This document shows positions 1 to 12,974 of a DNA stretch of 64,000 nt, in pieces. How positions within the stretch are numbered: the first letter of the stretch is position 1; every line of letters starts with the position of its first letter. The stretch is from Glycera tridactyla (taxonomy: Eukaryota). Where the stretch lies: the NCBI GenBank assembly GCA_965644265.1, contig OZ286465.1, positions 62,124,001 through 62,188,000 of the forward strand, read 5' to 3'. The position numbers were made by a program, and so were the translations under genes. A model generated the notes under the pieces. The model saw nothing but the letters and a program-made list of their open reading frames with translations. It made no database searches and was not told the DNA's origin.

Positions 1-349
1 CGCAAACATGTATAGAATAGGTATGATTAGTAGTCTGGTATTGCAGCTATATCTTTCATTATATTTTCAAATGTAATTCTCCATTGCAACGACTTTTCTT
101 GGATAGCCCCTGAATAGCCCCTTCCCTTCAGTCTAGTTCCAACCAGAATGCTGTGTTGACTGCAATATCTAGTGTATGGGAGTTCTACTACAAGTTCTAC
201 TGCAGCTGTTTACAGTAGTGGTGTTGCTAATTCTACTGTGATTCAATCTAAATCAATATATCAGGAGAATCTGTACAGATAAACATTCTCCTAGAAAGAT
301 GCAGTCATTACCAACTCATGGGGTATTCTGGAAGGTGCTCGTTGCTGTG

Positions 350-950
350 GTTTGAAGTAGATTTAGCTAGATGAGTAGCTGAGGATGGTACACCTTTGTA
401 AATATGTATTTATATGCATGTCAAAGTGCATGGACACCTTCATATACCATAGTCCCTCAAATTGTCACATGGTGGCAGTGTTCTAATGTAGCTCATATGT
501 CTGTAGTGGAGAAAGAGTGAACCATCATATAAAAACAATGGTTGTTTTTGAATTTGCATGAACACAATCTTATTCAGCTATGAACCATCAGTGATGCAAG
601 GAAGTTACACTTGGTCTGTTCACTTTGGATGGTTCACTTGAAGCAGTTCAACAAATATAAATGATCATTGTTTTTCGTGTACTTGCTGAAATAATTATGT
701 AACATAGTGAAATATGAATGAGTATGGATAGAGTTCGCTGCACAACCTATGGCTCATAGCTCTCCCATTTGAATGGTTGTGGAAAAATATAATCGTGTTG
801 ATAATAGGATGGTGTGTGGTATATGAAAACAATCATCTCTTGTATGTATCCCTTGCAGACACCCAAATGTGACCTCATTATTTGTGAAGAATTTAGGGTG
901 TACGAATGTGAATTTATATGACGTTTTGCATATTTTCAATGTATATCCAA
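350..950 (-). pseudogene. Highly degraded Gypsy integrase remnant
   Basis: Broken minus-strand frames give RSHLGVCK (about 853-881, H2C2-like), NYFSKY (696-679, DYFSKY-like), ITDGS (about 580-600, SDNG-like) and GVPSSA.HL (SPAQLL-like) in the expected order. Confidence 0.4.
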
Positions 951-3900
951 GAGAGGTGTCATTGTGAGAGAATAACTAGATCTATGTTAATGACAATGTT
1001 ATACATTCAAGAATTGTACAGACTATTATGGCTAATGAATTATGTCAGATTGTGAATTACAGTGAGCACATGATGATGCTTCATTGCCAGTTCAGCATTG
1101 GAATGGCGCAGAGTAGATATGCTTTCCAAGGTGAACTTGTCAGTGGAGCAGTGTTGTGTGCCTGCTGGAATATGTAGTTATTGTTAGTGGTGGAGGTCTG
1201 TAGAAGGAGGTGCAGCACCAATGTTGCATGCCTCTCATCTTCTCATCATGGTTGTTCTTTCTTTTAGTGTCAGGCAGGGGATGTGTGTTGTGAGACCTTT
1301 GTAAATCTACTCATGTCTTCAGATATATAAATACATACGTGTATTTGAATATATATATAATGTTATATATGTATATAAATACGTGTATGGTATGACTGTG
1401 TGGACTCATTCAGTTTACTGATTGTTACTCTCTGCAAGGGGACCATGACATGTAATTAGGACAGTTGGTGCACAATTTGCCCAATGTGGAATTCCTCCAG
1501 TAAATTGAATGTGTCCTTACATCTTTGTACAGTGTGCATACAGATACATCTGCAGTGCATGTGTTGATCTGGATGAATATGTAGTATTGATGAGTAGACA
1601 CCCATTTAGATGATTAACGATCTATTCCTTTGAACGCCGCCATCCTGGGCTGGGGCTATTCCTGTCTGGTTCCTTCCACAATCTTGAACAGTGGATATTT
1701 CATCATCCAGCGGTGGTGAAATAGCAACCTAAATTGATTCAAAAGCTGAGGAGGGTATTTCCTGACAGGAAAATATGTAGTCGCCGTAGAATGACAAGCT
1801 ATCTATAGCCTTTAATTCATGGGAAGGATTTGCCACCTGGTGGCTGAAGCGTTGGCAAAAATGTCCTCTTTAAGAAAGTAGATGCGAAGAATGTTCTTTT
1901 GACGGCTGTGGTTTTAGTTGTGAAACGACTGTGTGCAGTCCCCGTGCAGCGCCACTACACATGTTAAAATAAGAATAGCAAGAATAACATTGGGAATGAC
2001 CACTGATTACATCACCTTGTTATCGCTCCCGTCTTCTGTGTGGCCTCCGTAAAATCCAGAACCAGCGGGCACTTGGCTTGGTACCGAGCCTGTACTTGGC
2101 AGACACTGGAGTCCAGTCTCGACCATTGTACTGGTTCGTTATCCAATGTATACAATGCAAAGGCGACCTGTTCCTAATCTGCTAATCAACGTGCCCTCGT
2201 CTGCTTTCACTAAATTTCGTCTGCGTTGCTGACCGCTGTTGGTGGTTATGAGGCTTCCCACCAGGCAACAGTTTCACAGTTCCATGGTTTGCCGACACGG
2301 GGCGTTCAATCATGTTTATCCCGAGGTTGGTCATCTCGCGAAATGAAATTACTCTTAGTATACATTAGTATGCAACTGTGAATTGCATAAACAGTTAACA
2401 TTTCGAACTGTTGTGATGAGTACTGGTTGAAAATATTCACATAGCCACCCTTTGGTAAAACAGCGGTGGACATTGCTTCTCTTGTCGACGTGAAACTGCA
2501 ATCAGAAATAAATTAGCGGGCTTGCCTCCGTAATTCTCATGAATAACAGTGGGTCCTGTGCTAGAATACATGTATCGAGCGTGAAGCAGAGTTAAAACGA
2601 CGTGGCGATTGCGGGAGTGAGGTCTCTGAATCGCTGTTCCTTGTCGGAACTCATTAGTAATGGACAGAGCTACCCATCGTTCTTTGATGAATGCTGGAAT
2701 AGTTGGTATGAAGTCTGTATGCGTTAGCAGTGCATGCCATTTCAGAAGAAAATATCTCCCTCAATTCCACTTCCACTGTGACCTTTGCTTTGACAAAATT
2801 CGTTCAATTTATATCGGAAACTGTCATATGAATAACGCAGAAATTCAAATTGGTTTGAAATTGTGGAAAAGTTATTTCTGCGGGATATGGGGACAGGCTG
2901 ACCAAATCATGAATTGATCACATAAATTTGGAAAGTGATAATTGAAACTAGGCCCCATCGGTAAGTTGAAAGTCAGTAAATAGACAAGGTTCAGTACGGT
3001 TATTATTTGTCGTCAACGTGTGATTAAAGATTTAATCATATTCGGAGAATCTCTGGACTTGTAGCTTAAACGTGGACTGTTGACGCCTATCCCGCATCAC
3101 CCATAAGACCACTAAAAGTCAAACAAATCAATCAACGCGTCTCCCAATGTATGTTCTTGCTATTTCCCCACTTCCACTGTGAATGTATAAAACAAATGCT
3201 GTTGATCCGTGCTCTGTGTATGAGGTAATGTATTTGGTGTATGTAGTTACCATGAATTGTTATTTATTTCCTATTACTTGGGTTAACGCATCTGTTGATA
3301 AACAGCTGAACTACTGTAACGGGGGCGGTTGGGTTCGTTTTGTACAGATTATATACAGGCTAAGCAGAACAGGTTGAGCTCAATGTATTTGGTTGCTTTA
3401 TTTTCGAGAAGTAAAGTAAGACAGGATCAGTCACGCAAACACCTGGAACCAGTCTCACCAATCAACTTAGATGCAGATATTCAGATACAGTTATCCATTA
3501 TAGAAAATATCTGGTGAATAATAACAATGATTATGAGTGCATTTGTATTTGAGTAAAGCAACCACGAGAATCTTCCACAAAACATGTGCGAATGTTGAAT
3601 CCAATGACCGTCATCCGTTTTGAGTCTCTTAAAATCTCCCATGCGCATGGATCACAAGGTTCATTAATAAGCGTCCCTCAGGGGATTTCAGAGGCACCAG
3701 GTGGACGGCAAGAAAACTGAGATTGAAGAAGTTGAACGAATATTCGTAGACAAAGCCTTTCCTTTGTAGATAATCAGTCATCAAAGGGGGATGTACAGGT
3801 TACGTTGGCTGACCAGTCTGTTATGAACTGAGCCCATTTTGCATAGCTACTATACTACATTATTAAGAGGTATGCAATTTTCCAAACTCGTAAATGTGTA

Positions 3901-4249
3901 CGGTGAGATGTTGTCCCTTTATCAGGCGCGTAGGTAGCAATATTCTATATTTCGTAGGTGAGGGACTCCTTTTTTGTCCTTGCGTAGAACCCTAAAACAC
4001 TGATACATAGACAACATTGTATAGAAATATGGTTTTTACGAGCAGTTTTGATGTTTTCTTGAGTTTTCTGACGACTTTGTGTGTTGATGCTTTCAGAGGG
4101 GTCCGTGTTTGGGGTGCTGATGGGGAGGCATCATCTATTGTTTGTGTGTCTGGGGTGCTGATGGGGGAGACGCCATCTATTGTCTGTCATTTATCTCTTT
4201 TGGGGTTTTGAAGAAGGCTGCACTGGAGTGGCAGCAGTTGAAATCATAC

Positions 4250-4620
4250 GTTGCAACCGATATACTTCTTGCACGTAGAGAGAGCATTCATCTTTCGATG
4301 CTCTACGATACATGGCATACATAATCCCGTAGGCTGATGTATGGTGCTCATGATGCCACTTGAAATTTCCGTTTCCCATCCACGTATTATGTGGGATCAT
4401 CCTGGCCTTTTTCCAAATGAGCGTGAATGAATGCGAATATATCCCAATGGCTTTAGACATGGAATGAGTTACTGAAAGAATGGGATATGCAGACCACTTT
4501 CCCATGTCAATGATAAGTTGTACGTGGAATGCAGATTTGCATTCAAACGCCTGTGGATTTCTATGATCTGTATTGGTTGTTGAGCAAAGTATACATTTCA
4601 GTCGTATATTTGGGCGAGGT
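4250..4620 (-). pseudogene. Possible degraded LTR-retrotransposon reverse transcriptase remnant
   Basis: ECKSAFH (DLKSAFH-like) in frame upstream of ORF 4191-4505; YVDG in a shifted frame; KDECSLYVQEV (KC.f...eV-like). Same strand as the integrase remnant at 350-950. Confidence 0.3.
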
Positions 4621-4684
4621 TTAGTTTTATATCGCAGCCCAAAATATGTTTCATGGCAACTGACATTACTTTAAGAACCGTCAG

Positions 4685-4860
4685 CTACTTCCACTTGACA
4701 ACTTTTCAGGTTCCCCATCATCTTATGTTCAGTTTTTGTGAGACTGATGTGTGCAGGGGAGAGAACATCTAGCTTTCATTGACCAGGAACACATGACATA
4801 CATGATCCTGTGGGTTGATACATGCCGTTAAACCTCAAATAAACAAAAATACTGTCAGAA
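4685..4860 (+). repeat. Dispersed repeat family copy (others at about 8890-8965 +, 34100-34165 -, 42545-42740 -)
   Basis: Shared core ACCAGGAACACAYGRCATACATRAYCCT..GGGTTGATACATG..G.TAAACCTCAAA; 4685-4730 also matches the reverse complement of 42695-42740. Confidence 0.6.
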
Positions 4861-6832
4861 ATATCAATGAAAGTTATCATGAATTGTGAGATTCACGCAG
4901 ACTGCTCTTGTTATTGTGACTCGTGAATCCCTACACACATCCTGTCGTGTGATACATTTTCTGTATGTGTAGTGATAATCATGCATGAATGAACATTTTC
5001 CAACCTCCAAATCCAGACTTAGCATTCAAACGGTATCCTACCAGATCTAAATGATGATGACAAGATGGCGATACCCTCATAATGCTATTACATCTTATGG
5101 GGCAAACTATAAACAGTTCTGAAAAAAATGCATGCAGACACGCTGTGTAGAGATAGTAAGGTTAAAGGGGTTGGTGTACATATGAGACGATTCGCAGATT
5201 TGGGAGTGACATAACCGAGTCCTGCATTTTGACTTTCATGTAGCTAACTCTACTAGTCCAACCGCTTTCATTCTGTACAAAAACGCCACGCTTCAGTGGT
5301 TGCGGACTTCGCGTGCTTTGTCGATTTGTGGAAATGCCTCTTCCCCCCCCCCCAGGTGCGCTCTTTAGATAACCTGTCTGTTAAAATGAAGCAGTTATTG
5401 AGTATAATATTGGGCCTGTGTTGGAGCAGCCAAGTTTGACATGTGGGCTGTCTTGTCACCGTTGTCGACATATAGGTGTAAATTGGCATTTTCTATACAT
5501 AGGTGCAACTGTAAAATTCTGTACATTCGATGCACAATGTACAATACAAGATGATGACTTAGGTGTTATGCGCATATATGTATGAAATGTAATTTGCAAT
5601 GCCTAATTATGATGCTGTTGTTTCTTCAAACAGCTGATAATATATACATAAATATATAATAGAAATGTGTGTTGTAAGTGGCCTAGTTTGTGATACGTCA
5701 TGCAGTGGATGTGATGCACCTCTCTCTCTCCTTCGCCCTCACTCGCTCGTTCGCTCTCAAGTATCAAGAAATACGATTGATTCTTTCATGGCCGGGGCGA
5801 AGGTGCTCCCACAGAAAGTGTTGTGTATGGGAGATTATGCATGCTGAGTGGATCGTTGGTACATTACAAGGGTGCAATTGGCCACGAATCCACATCACTT
5901 AATTCAATCATGAGATGGGCGGGCCTACAATATCCTACATACATTGTATCATGTATTCATTACCTGAAGTCCTTGATCTCAACTAGTTGCAGCAAGTGAC
6001 AGCTCACTCAGTTTGTCATCGTAAGATTAGCAGAGACCAGTCATGTAAGCTGCTATGTAATTATATTGAAAGGAGGAAGGAAATCCACAATACCAATCTC
6101 CTTAGTTTAGTTTTATGGGGCCTTGATATCCAACTTTTACATCGTTTCAGATAACAAGATCATGTGTGAAATCTCAATTATCATTGATATGCATGATCTA
6201 GGTATACAGATTTGAGGTGTATATCTGTTTGCCGTATCGGTTAGAATTATTCTTCAATGTTTGAGTGGAAATTTGCTGCAAATTACTGCTTATCTCGATT
6301 ATTGATATCTAAGCTCGATGTCTGATTAGTTGGACTATTTAAACCTGTCATTGAATATAATCTGTGATTGGTTGAACGCTAACGAGCTAATTATTTTGTG
6401 CATGTATCAATTAATTACTTCAAGGCAGTCTGATCTTGATTGAATCCAGCTAGCCACAAACACACGTGAGAGTTTGAATTGCTGGTCCCAATTAGGCCTG
6501 ATACAGGCCTGAAACAAAAATCAAGACATTTTTTCAATATGAAAATATAACCCGTATCGTCAAATATCAGGTCGCATTGGTTAGGCATCATACTATTTAC
6601 GTGAACATTCGATAGCCATAGAGTACTGCATAAATTCAGTACTGATCTGGTAATAGATGTTAATTAGGTAGGGGAGCCTCCGGCTATGAAAGGGTGGATG
6701 GTGATAGTTATCCTAACGGAAGACATGGGTGCCCCAAACACGGAGATCATGCTTGTTGAACATAGCGTCTAAGTAGTTTAGCAGGACACGTTTGTTATAC
6801 TCTTTGTTACAATTTGCCAATGATCATCATTA

Positions 6833-6973
6833 TGTAGCGACCTCTCGTGGCGAAGGTTAGTCCTCTAGGTGGCGCCACTGTTGGGTGTCAACCCGGTACT
6901 AACAGGTATTGATCACTTTTGTGACTGACCAGCGTAATGTGACCTCTGTGAGTTACAATAAAGAAGGGTTACA
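6833..6973 (+). mobile_element. Possible short solo LTR
   Basis: TGTAG...GTTACA termini and AATAAA at 6957-6962; no TSD found. Confidence 0.25.
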
Positions 6974-7479
6974 GGTTTTTGAGTTCATTCCGTATTTTGG
7001 CCTGCGCAGGTAGTCGAAAAATACATGAGCAAGGGAACCACACTCAATATGTGTTTATATCATTGGTGCATCATTCAGGAGAACTGCGCTTATTTTATGA
7101 TCGTGGTGGCGAAATATGATGGAAGTCAGTTTGTATGTGTACAAATTCCCAAATGACAGATTAGGAAATGCTATTCACCGGAAGATGAGGTCGCTGCATC
7201 CAGTCATGAAGTTATCCACTGGTTGGTTTTACGTTTCATTGGGTGGAGTGCAACTGTCTCGCCTCCAAACCGTGGAACAGAGAACCAGCTTGTGTGCGTC
7301 CGGTTAGGGCTGTATGGCAGAGGATGAAGAGGACGACAGGCGAAATGCGGTGACCAACTGAGCAAGATCTACATGAATGATGATGATGCGACATGCAAGA
7401 AATGCTCAAGTTTACCGAACGTCTACCAACTCTCCAGTTCCCCGTGCAACACTGTGATCTCACGTCTCCACCACACCTC

Positions 7480-7600
7480 AGCGTGTTGTCTGTTTACAGG
7501 GATGATGGTGGTTTAGCATGCATCCTCAACTCCCGTGTCTCCCCTTCTGCCCTTTTTCTGGCAGTCCACAAAGTAGTGACGACCGAATTGTAGGCAGTTT
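7480..7600 (+). pseudogene. Possible Penelope-like RT fragment
   Basis: SVYRDDGGLACILN resembles the GLYRDDGLA motif of Penelope-like RTs; flanking motifs are not convincing. Confidence 0.25.
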
Positions 7601-9649
7601 AATGAATGAGCGTTTGCTGCATGTGCAGTCTAGAGTAGTCGTTGGTCTGCGAGCAGATGCGGTGGTATGATGCGCAATACTTGTTGCATATTATTATGTG
7701 TTGATATTTATTTCCATGACCTCGTAGTGAAATTAACTAATAGATGGGTAACTAGCTACAAAGGAAACTTGTTGCATAATTTCTTTCTATAGACTTGGCT
7801 GTCTTATTGGTTAGTACTCATGTTCGCTGCCCTCGAATAAAGGTTTAACTCAGTTTTTGGCTTGTCTGTGCAGACAGGTCTTTCTAATATGTATGTATAC
7901 ACCCTCATGAGGTAGAACACGTGTTTTCCAGATCAGGAAAAATAAAGCAAATTTGTCCACTTTAACCAAGGCCCCTGTTATGTCATTTTGCACCAGTCGG
8001 TTGATATGCATTTAGTATTGTTGTCTGAAGCGTCAATGGATGATTTACGATGGCTCAGAATTCATGGGGTCGGCCGTATCACTTTGATAAAATCAATTTG
8101 AGAAGAAAGTACGCTCAACCTAGATTTGGATATTTAGCAACTATGTGACGCCATCGTTTACACCATAATTCGTGACGTGGAGTACTGCTACTATATGACG
8201 TCACAGTCCTTTACTGTTGTTTGCATCGGGTGAATTGCGATTGATAGAGGATCCAATTCTATCACACAGCCGTGTGCTCAATACATCCTGCCTGGCATTA
8301 TTCAAACCTAATGCATTTTTGTTCCAAGTACTGCTTTTCGCTTGAGATGAAAGCATCGCTTTGCGGCTTGAGAGTCAGCTTCCAGTCAGCTACATAATCA
8401 GATATGCCATATATATTGATCAAGTATATGTGAGGATTGCAGAGGTGTGTCTGAACTGTCAGCTACTCCCACTTGTCAACCTATCAGGATCACATCCTGT
8501 ACTTAGGGCTTATGGGAGTGATGCCTGCATGGGATAGAGCATCTGGCTTTCATAGATCAGCAACACACTCATTCGAGCAAACATTCGAGCCTAAAGAAAT
8601 GTACTTAAACCCAGCAATGGCCTGTGTGCTCTATAAAACTCAACACGCACACATACGCACGCACATATTTGATATTGTATGATCTCGATGAAGAGATTGA
8701 TGCCGTCAATTTGGCTGATACGAACCCCGATCGAATGGCCATCAATCATCAACCATCTATCAATTATTAACATCATCAAGTTATTAAATGTAAGACCTTG
8801 AATTTGTCTTCTCTCGCTTATAAACTCCACATTTATTACTATTGATATCTTTATCATTATCATTGTCTGGGTTGATTACTAATACCACTTCGCTAAACCA
8901 GGAACACACGGCATACATAACCCTAGGGTTGATACATGTCGGTAAACCTCAAACAAACAGAAATCACTTCGCTATCTCCCTGACGACCAATACTCCTAAC
9001 TGACTAGGCTGAATTTGTCTGATAAACTAATATTCAGGAATTTCTAGGAACCATGGGTCGACCTTCAATGAATAACCATGGAGACGGAGTTGGTGATGGT
9101 CCCTGATAGTGATTTAGGAACATGTATATGAAACTCGGAATGTACAATTGCTACTGGGAAGTCTGGGTGTTGCGCCACGACCAACGACTACGAGGAAACA
9201 AACCAGTGGATCACTGGGAAAGCCCTGGATCTCACTTTGTGAGCAGTGACACATGTGGAAAAGTCCACCATTACTAGTTTTAAAGCCACGAACAGCAAAC
9301 AAGCCTTGCGATGTATTATGCATATTGATAATCCCAGTCAAATGCAGACATGTGGACCTCACCATTGCAGCCATTCTCGCACATTACACATAAATGACAC
9401 ACATGCACCCATGCGTGATCAGGTATTAACAGGATATTTGTGACACCATCAAACTGTGTAGCCGTGATTGCCCTTCTCCAGACTTTATTTTCATGCCTGG
9501 ACATGATGGTGCCCATTTGAAAGTAGACTCAGTCATGCCAATTATACTTTGGACATTCAAAAGTGATGAAAACTTTTTTCGGCCAGTTCTTATCACGATA
9601 CAAAGAACTGATATACTGCTATGGCATATCATTCATTCCCTAGATAACT

Positions 9650-10745
9650 CCGAATACACAGGCGTGGCCATCGATGATTTTAACATTTCTGTAAGAGAAG
9701 TTCATGCACTTTTAAGACCCAGGAGGTCATAGATAAAACTCATCATAAGGACGAACAGATCCCTAGTAAGTAGGAATACCTTTCCAAACTTCGTGCCTCC
9801 AGCCTAGGGCATATTCCACTAAAATAAGTCTGGAATCTGGATACTTAAAGTTATTCGTTGATATGCCGAAAACTACTGCCGCTCTACAGTTATCTATGGT
9901 GAAATGAAATGAGAAAAAGATATCAACACCAACTAGAATCGGACCTGCAACCCAGGAGCAACACGGGCTTCGTGAAGCAACGCCATTCATCTATTATGAG
10001 ACGTTGCCAGGTGGCTGAAACCTCAAGTAACATGGCTATAAGGACACGTAATATACGGTGGGTATCAGGTATGTTGGTGTGTACTCGTTGTGAGCACATT
10101 TTCAAACAGAGTAATTGGGTCATGAAAAAGCATGTATGAGATGTGGAGATAATGGTGACACCTACAGAATATCTGCTTATTAGGGATATAGACATCAACT
10201 GTCATTCAATAAGAGATGAATGGGATAATATCCTGTGGCAACTCAATAATATCGACAGCACTCCATATTCAATGTCCAAAAGTCAGAATTATCAAATCCA
10301 GTGCACTATATGGCACGCCAAATGATGCTCGAAATCTCATTCCTATCATTTCCAATCTTACCAGAGGGGTAGAAAGTAAAATGACCCACACTGTAAGAGA
10401 CACCTTGTGGTGATACGGAGCAATCCCCAGTCTGGGATGTTTGGATTTTAATCATGGTATCCTTCTTACTGAAATCACAAGAACGTTTGAAAGGTGTGGT
10501 GACCCAAGCTTATATCTTGCTATAAAATAGTGATCAGTAGGACATCAAAAGTGATGGGCTAGAAGACAGTGATAAGCTACAGGTGGGCAATGGTGTGCAA
10601 TTAGATAAAAGTAGAATTGCCACCAGTCTCAGAAACTTCACCAACGCTCACTGAATGTCCACAATCCAGACTGCAGAACATGCCTTGCTTGATGAAATCC
10701 ATTATCAGAAATAATTGGATGACAAGATACAACATGTCCAGACAT
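9650..10745 (+). mobile_element. Degraded non-LTR retrotransposon (CR1/L2-like) ORF2 remnant
   Basis: Ordered motifs across frameshifts: NISVREVHALL, SLESG, QEQHGLRE (QHGFR-like), IRWVSGML, IFNVQKS (FN..K), KIQHVQ (LE.VQ). Confidence 0.5.
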
Positions 10746-10907
10746 GTATTTGCCAATTAGACCCCCCCCCCCCCCAGCTAAAACGAGCAAGTAACCACTC
10801 ATCCCAGTCCCTAACCATCCTCATTGACACCTTGCAAGCCCTTGAAGTAGTGATGCCGATATTCGTGGAAGACGAGTTCAAATCTCAAATCCAAAACCAC
10901 TGATACA

Positions 10908-11030
10908 TGTGTCAATGTCGCTCATTGAGACCTCCCCCTCATTAGTATGCATGAAATACAGACTGCTCCCTGTGCTCTCGGGTCAACGAGAGGCAGCTCC
11001 AAAAGCTACTCTTCAAGATGTCTGCTTACC
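10908..11030 (+). mobile_element. 5' LTR (about 123 bp) of Mag-like Gypsy element
   Basis: Starts TGTG, ends GCTTAC(C); preceded by ATACA; about 14 differences by eye from the reverse complement of 16949-17073. Confidence 0.75.
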
Positions 11031-11045
11031 TGGTGGCGGCGAGGT
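11031..11045 (+). other. Primer-binding site, tRNA-Leu-like
   Basis: TGGTGGCGGCGAGGT directly after the LTR, resembling TGGTGGCAGCGG (complement of a tRNA-Leu 3' end). Confidence 0.55.
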
Positions 11046-11499
11046 TGACTCACTGGACCTGCTTACATGAAGATATCACCTCTACTTGTTTGCTCTCTCT
11101 CTCATCTGCACTGTACACCACATGTGTTGGATTGTGTTTGGACCCAAGGAAGCTTGATGAAGTGCTGCACATGGCTGGGAAGTACCCTGCTTGTCTGCTC
11201 TCTCCTGCTCTGCTGTCCACCTGCTGACATCAGCACTGATCCTGCTCATCTTGTGTCCATCTACCACTCCATGCTCTACATCTGTGTTTGTCTCTGCTGT
11301 GTGTGCACTGTAACTGATGCCTGCTGACCACATGCTGCTGGACTGTGCGATGTCTCAACCGTCTCCCTCAACTCCTGGATTCTGACCCAGATTCTGCTAA
11401 ACTCAGTGTTTCCATTGGTGTTTTCTGTCCAACAATTCAACATGACATCTGTCACTACTGCTGCAGTTGCTACTTCGCCCACTGTCTCTGTTAGTGTGG

Positions 11500-11735
11500 C
11501 CCAGTGTGTTTTGCCTGATGCATATGTTTCTGCATTGCTTCTGAACTGCATCGGGAAGGATGCTGTCCGTGTGTACAATGGTTCGAAATTTGATCCCACT
11601 CAAGGTGAAGACAAGGACAAACCAGCTCATATCATTAAAAAGCTTGATGAGCACATCCTGGGGGAAACTAAAGAATTCTTCGAGTGGTTCAAGTTCGATC
11701 AGCACAACCAAGAGAGTGGTGAAACTACTGAGAGA
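11500..11735 (+). pseudogene. Gypsy gag fragment (Mag/K02A2.6-like type)
   Basis: ALLLNCIGKDAVRVYNG...EDKDK..IIKKLDEHILGETKEFFEWFKF.Q.NQESGE; interrupted by a compound microsatellite at 11735. Confidence 0.75.
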
Positions 11736-12220
11736 CGATGACGATGACGACGACAATGACGACACCAGCAATGGCAACAGCAAGCACCACCACCTTCATA
11801 CCCACCACCACCTCCACCACCACCATCATCATGAAACAACACCACCACCACCTTCAGAGAGACTGAGAAAGAGAGAGAGGGAGAGAGAGAGACGACGACG
11901 ATGACGACGACGACGACGACGACACCAGCAATGGCAACAGCAAGCACCACCACCTTCATACCCACCACCACCACCACCACCATCACCATGCAACAACACG
12001 ACCAACACCACCACCTCAGAGAGACTGAGAGAGAGAGAGAGGGGGAGAGAGAGATAGAGAGAGAGGACGACGACAACAACGACAACGATGACAACGACAA
12101 CAACGACACCAGCAATGGCAACAGCAACCATCACCACGTTCATACCCACCACCACCACCACCATCACCATGAAACAACACCACCACCACCTCCAGAGAGA
12201 TTGAGAGAGGGGAGAGAGAG
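11735..12220. repeat. Compound microsatellite with about 3 higher-order units (GAC/CAC/GA blocks)
   Basis: The block GACACCAGCAATGGCAACAGCAA-(CAC)n-(GA)n recurs at about 11760, 11920 and 12105. Confidence 0.9.
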
Positions 12221-12500
12221 GCTGGTAGGTGTTCTGTCAAATCCATTTGTAGAGGCGTGAGATTAATCATGGACCAAGTGATATATTCGGCTGAATAAAC
12301 TTCGAATGGTGAAGCTTTAGGCCTTTTGCCCGAGTGCGGATCTCTGATTGGCTGGTTTTACGCATGCTATCTACAACCCCATTCATGAATCGGCGCAGTG
12401 ATCCATGAAACCTGGTAATGAGGTGCGAACAAGAAGCACTACTTTACACCCCCTATATACTATATCACATTTGTGTGCAGTTATACATCTCTGAGAGGTC

Positions 12501-12504
<4 letters not shown>

Positions 12505-12580
<76 letters not shown>
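12505..12580. repeat. (GA)38 microsatellite
   Basis: Uninterrupted GA run. Confidence 0.98.
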
Positions 12581-12583
<3 letters not shown>

Positions 12584-12974
12584 ATGATTTGGCGAAAGTA
12601 GTCCCGTTTCCAAACGTAATAAACATGTCAACATCTAAGTGAGCGTGCCCAAAGAGCTTTATTGACAGGCATTCACTACTTGTGAGTAGCTACACATCTC
12701 TGAGCGATCGTATCTGTGTGCTTCAGTGATCAGCCACAAAAACGAGTGTTGAGAGAATTTCGTATTACGGAATCACTACATTTTCTCAAATTGTCGTTCA
12801 TCAGATCAATAAATCATCCCAAAATTGTGTTAGATTAGATCATTCGATCCTTTTACACAGATCTGATTAAGATTCGTTTGATTATATTGACCTCGAGAGT
12901 CAGAATCGGCGAAGTTAGAGCATTTTGAGCAAAGAGGTGGTAGCATAGTGATCTCCAACGGAGATCACAAAAAC

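Noticed and set aside
1832-6875. CTCF-like motifs (CCACCAGGTGGC about 1833-1844 on -, CCTCTAGGTGGCGC 6862-6875)
   Set aside because: Short isolated matches inside TE-like DNA; cannot be supported without ChIP data.
11403-12642. His-, Thr-, Val- and ER-rich ORFs
   Set aside because: Translations of microsatellites open in several frames on both strands; the same applies to 21162-23124 and 35882-36532.
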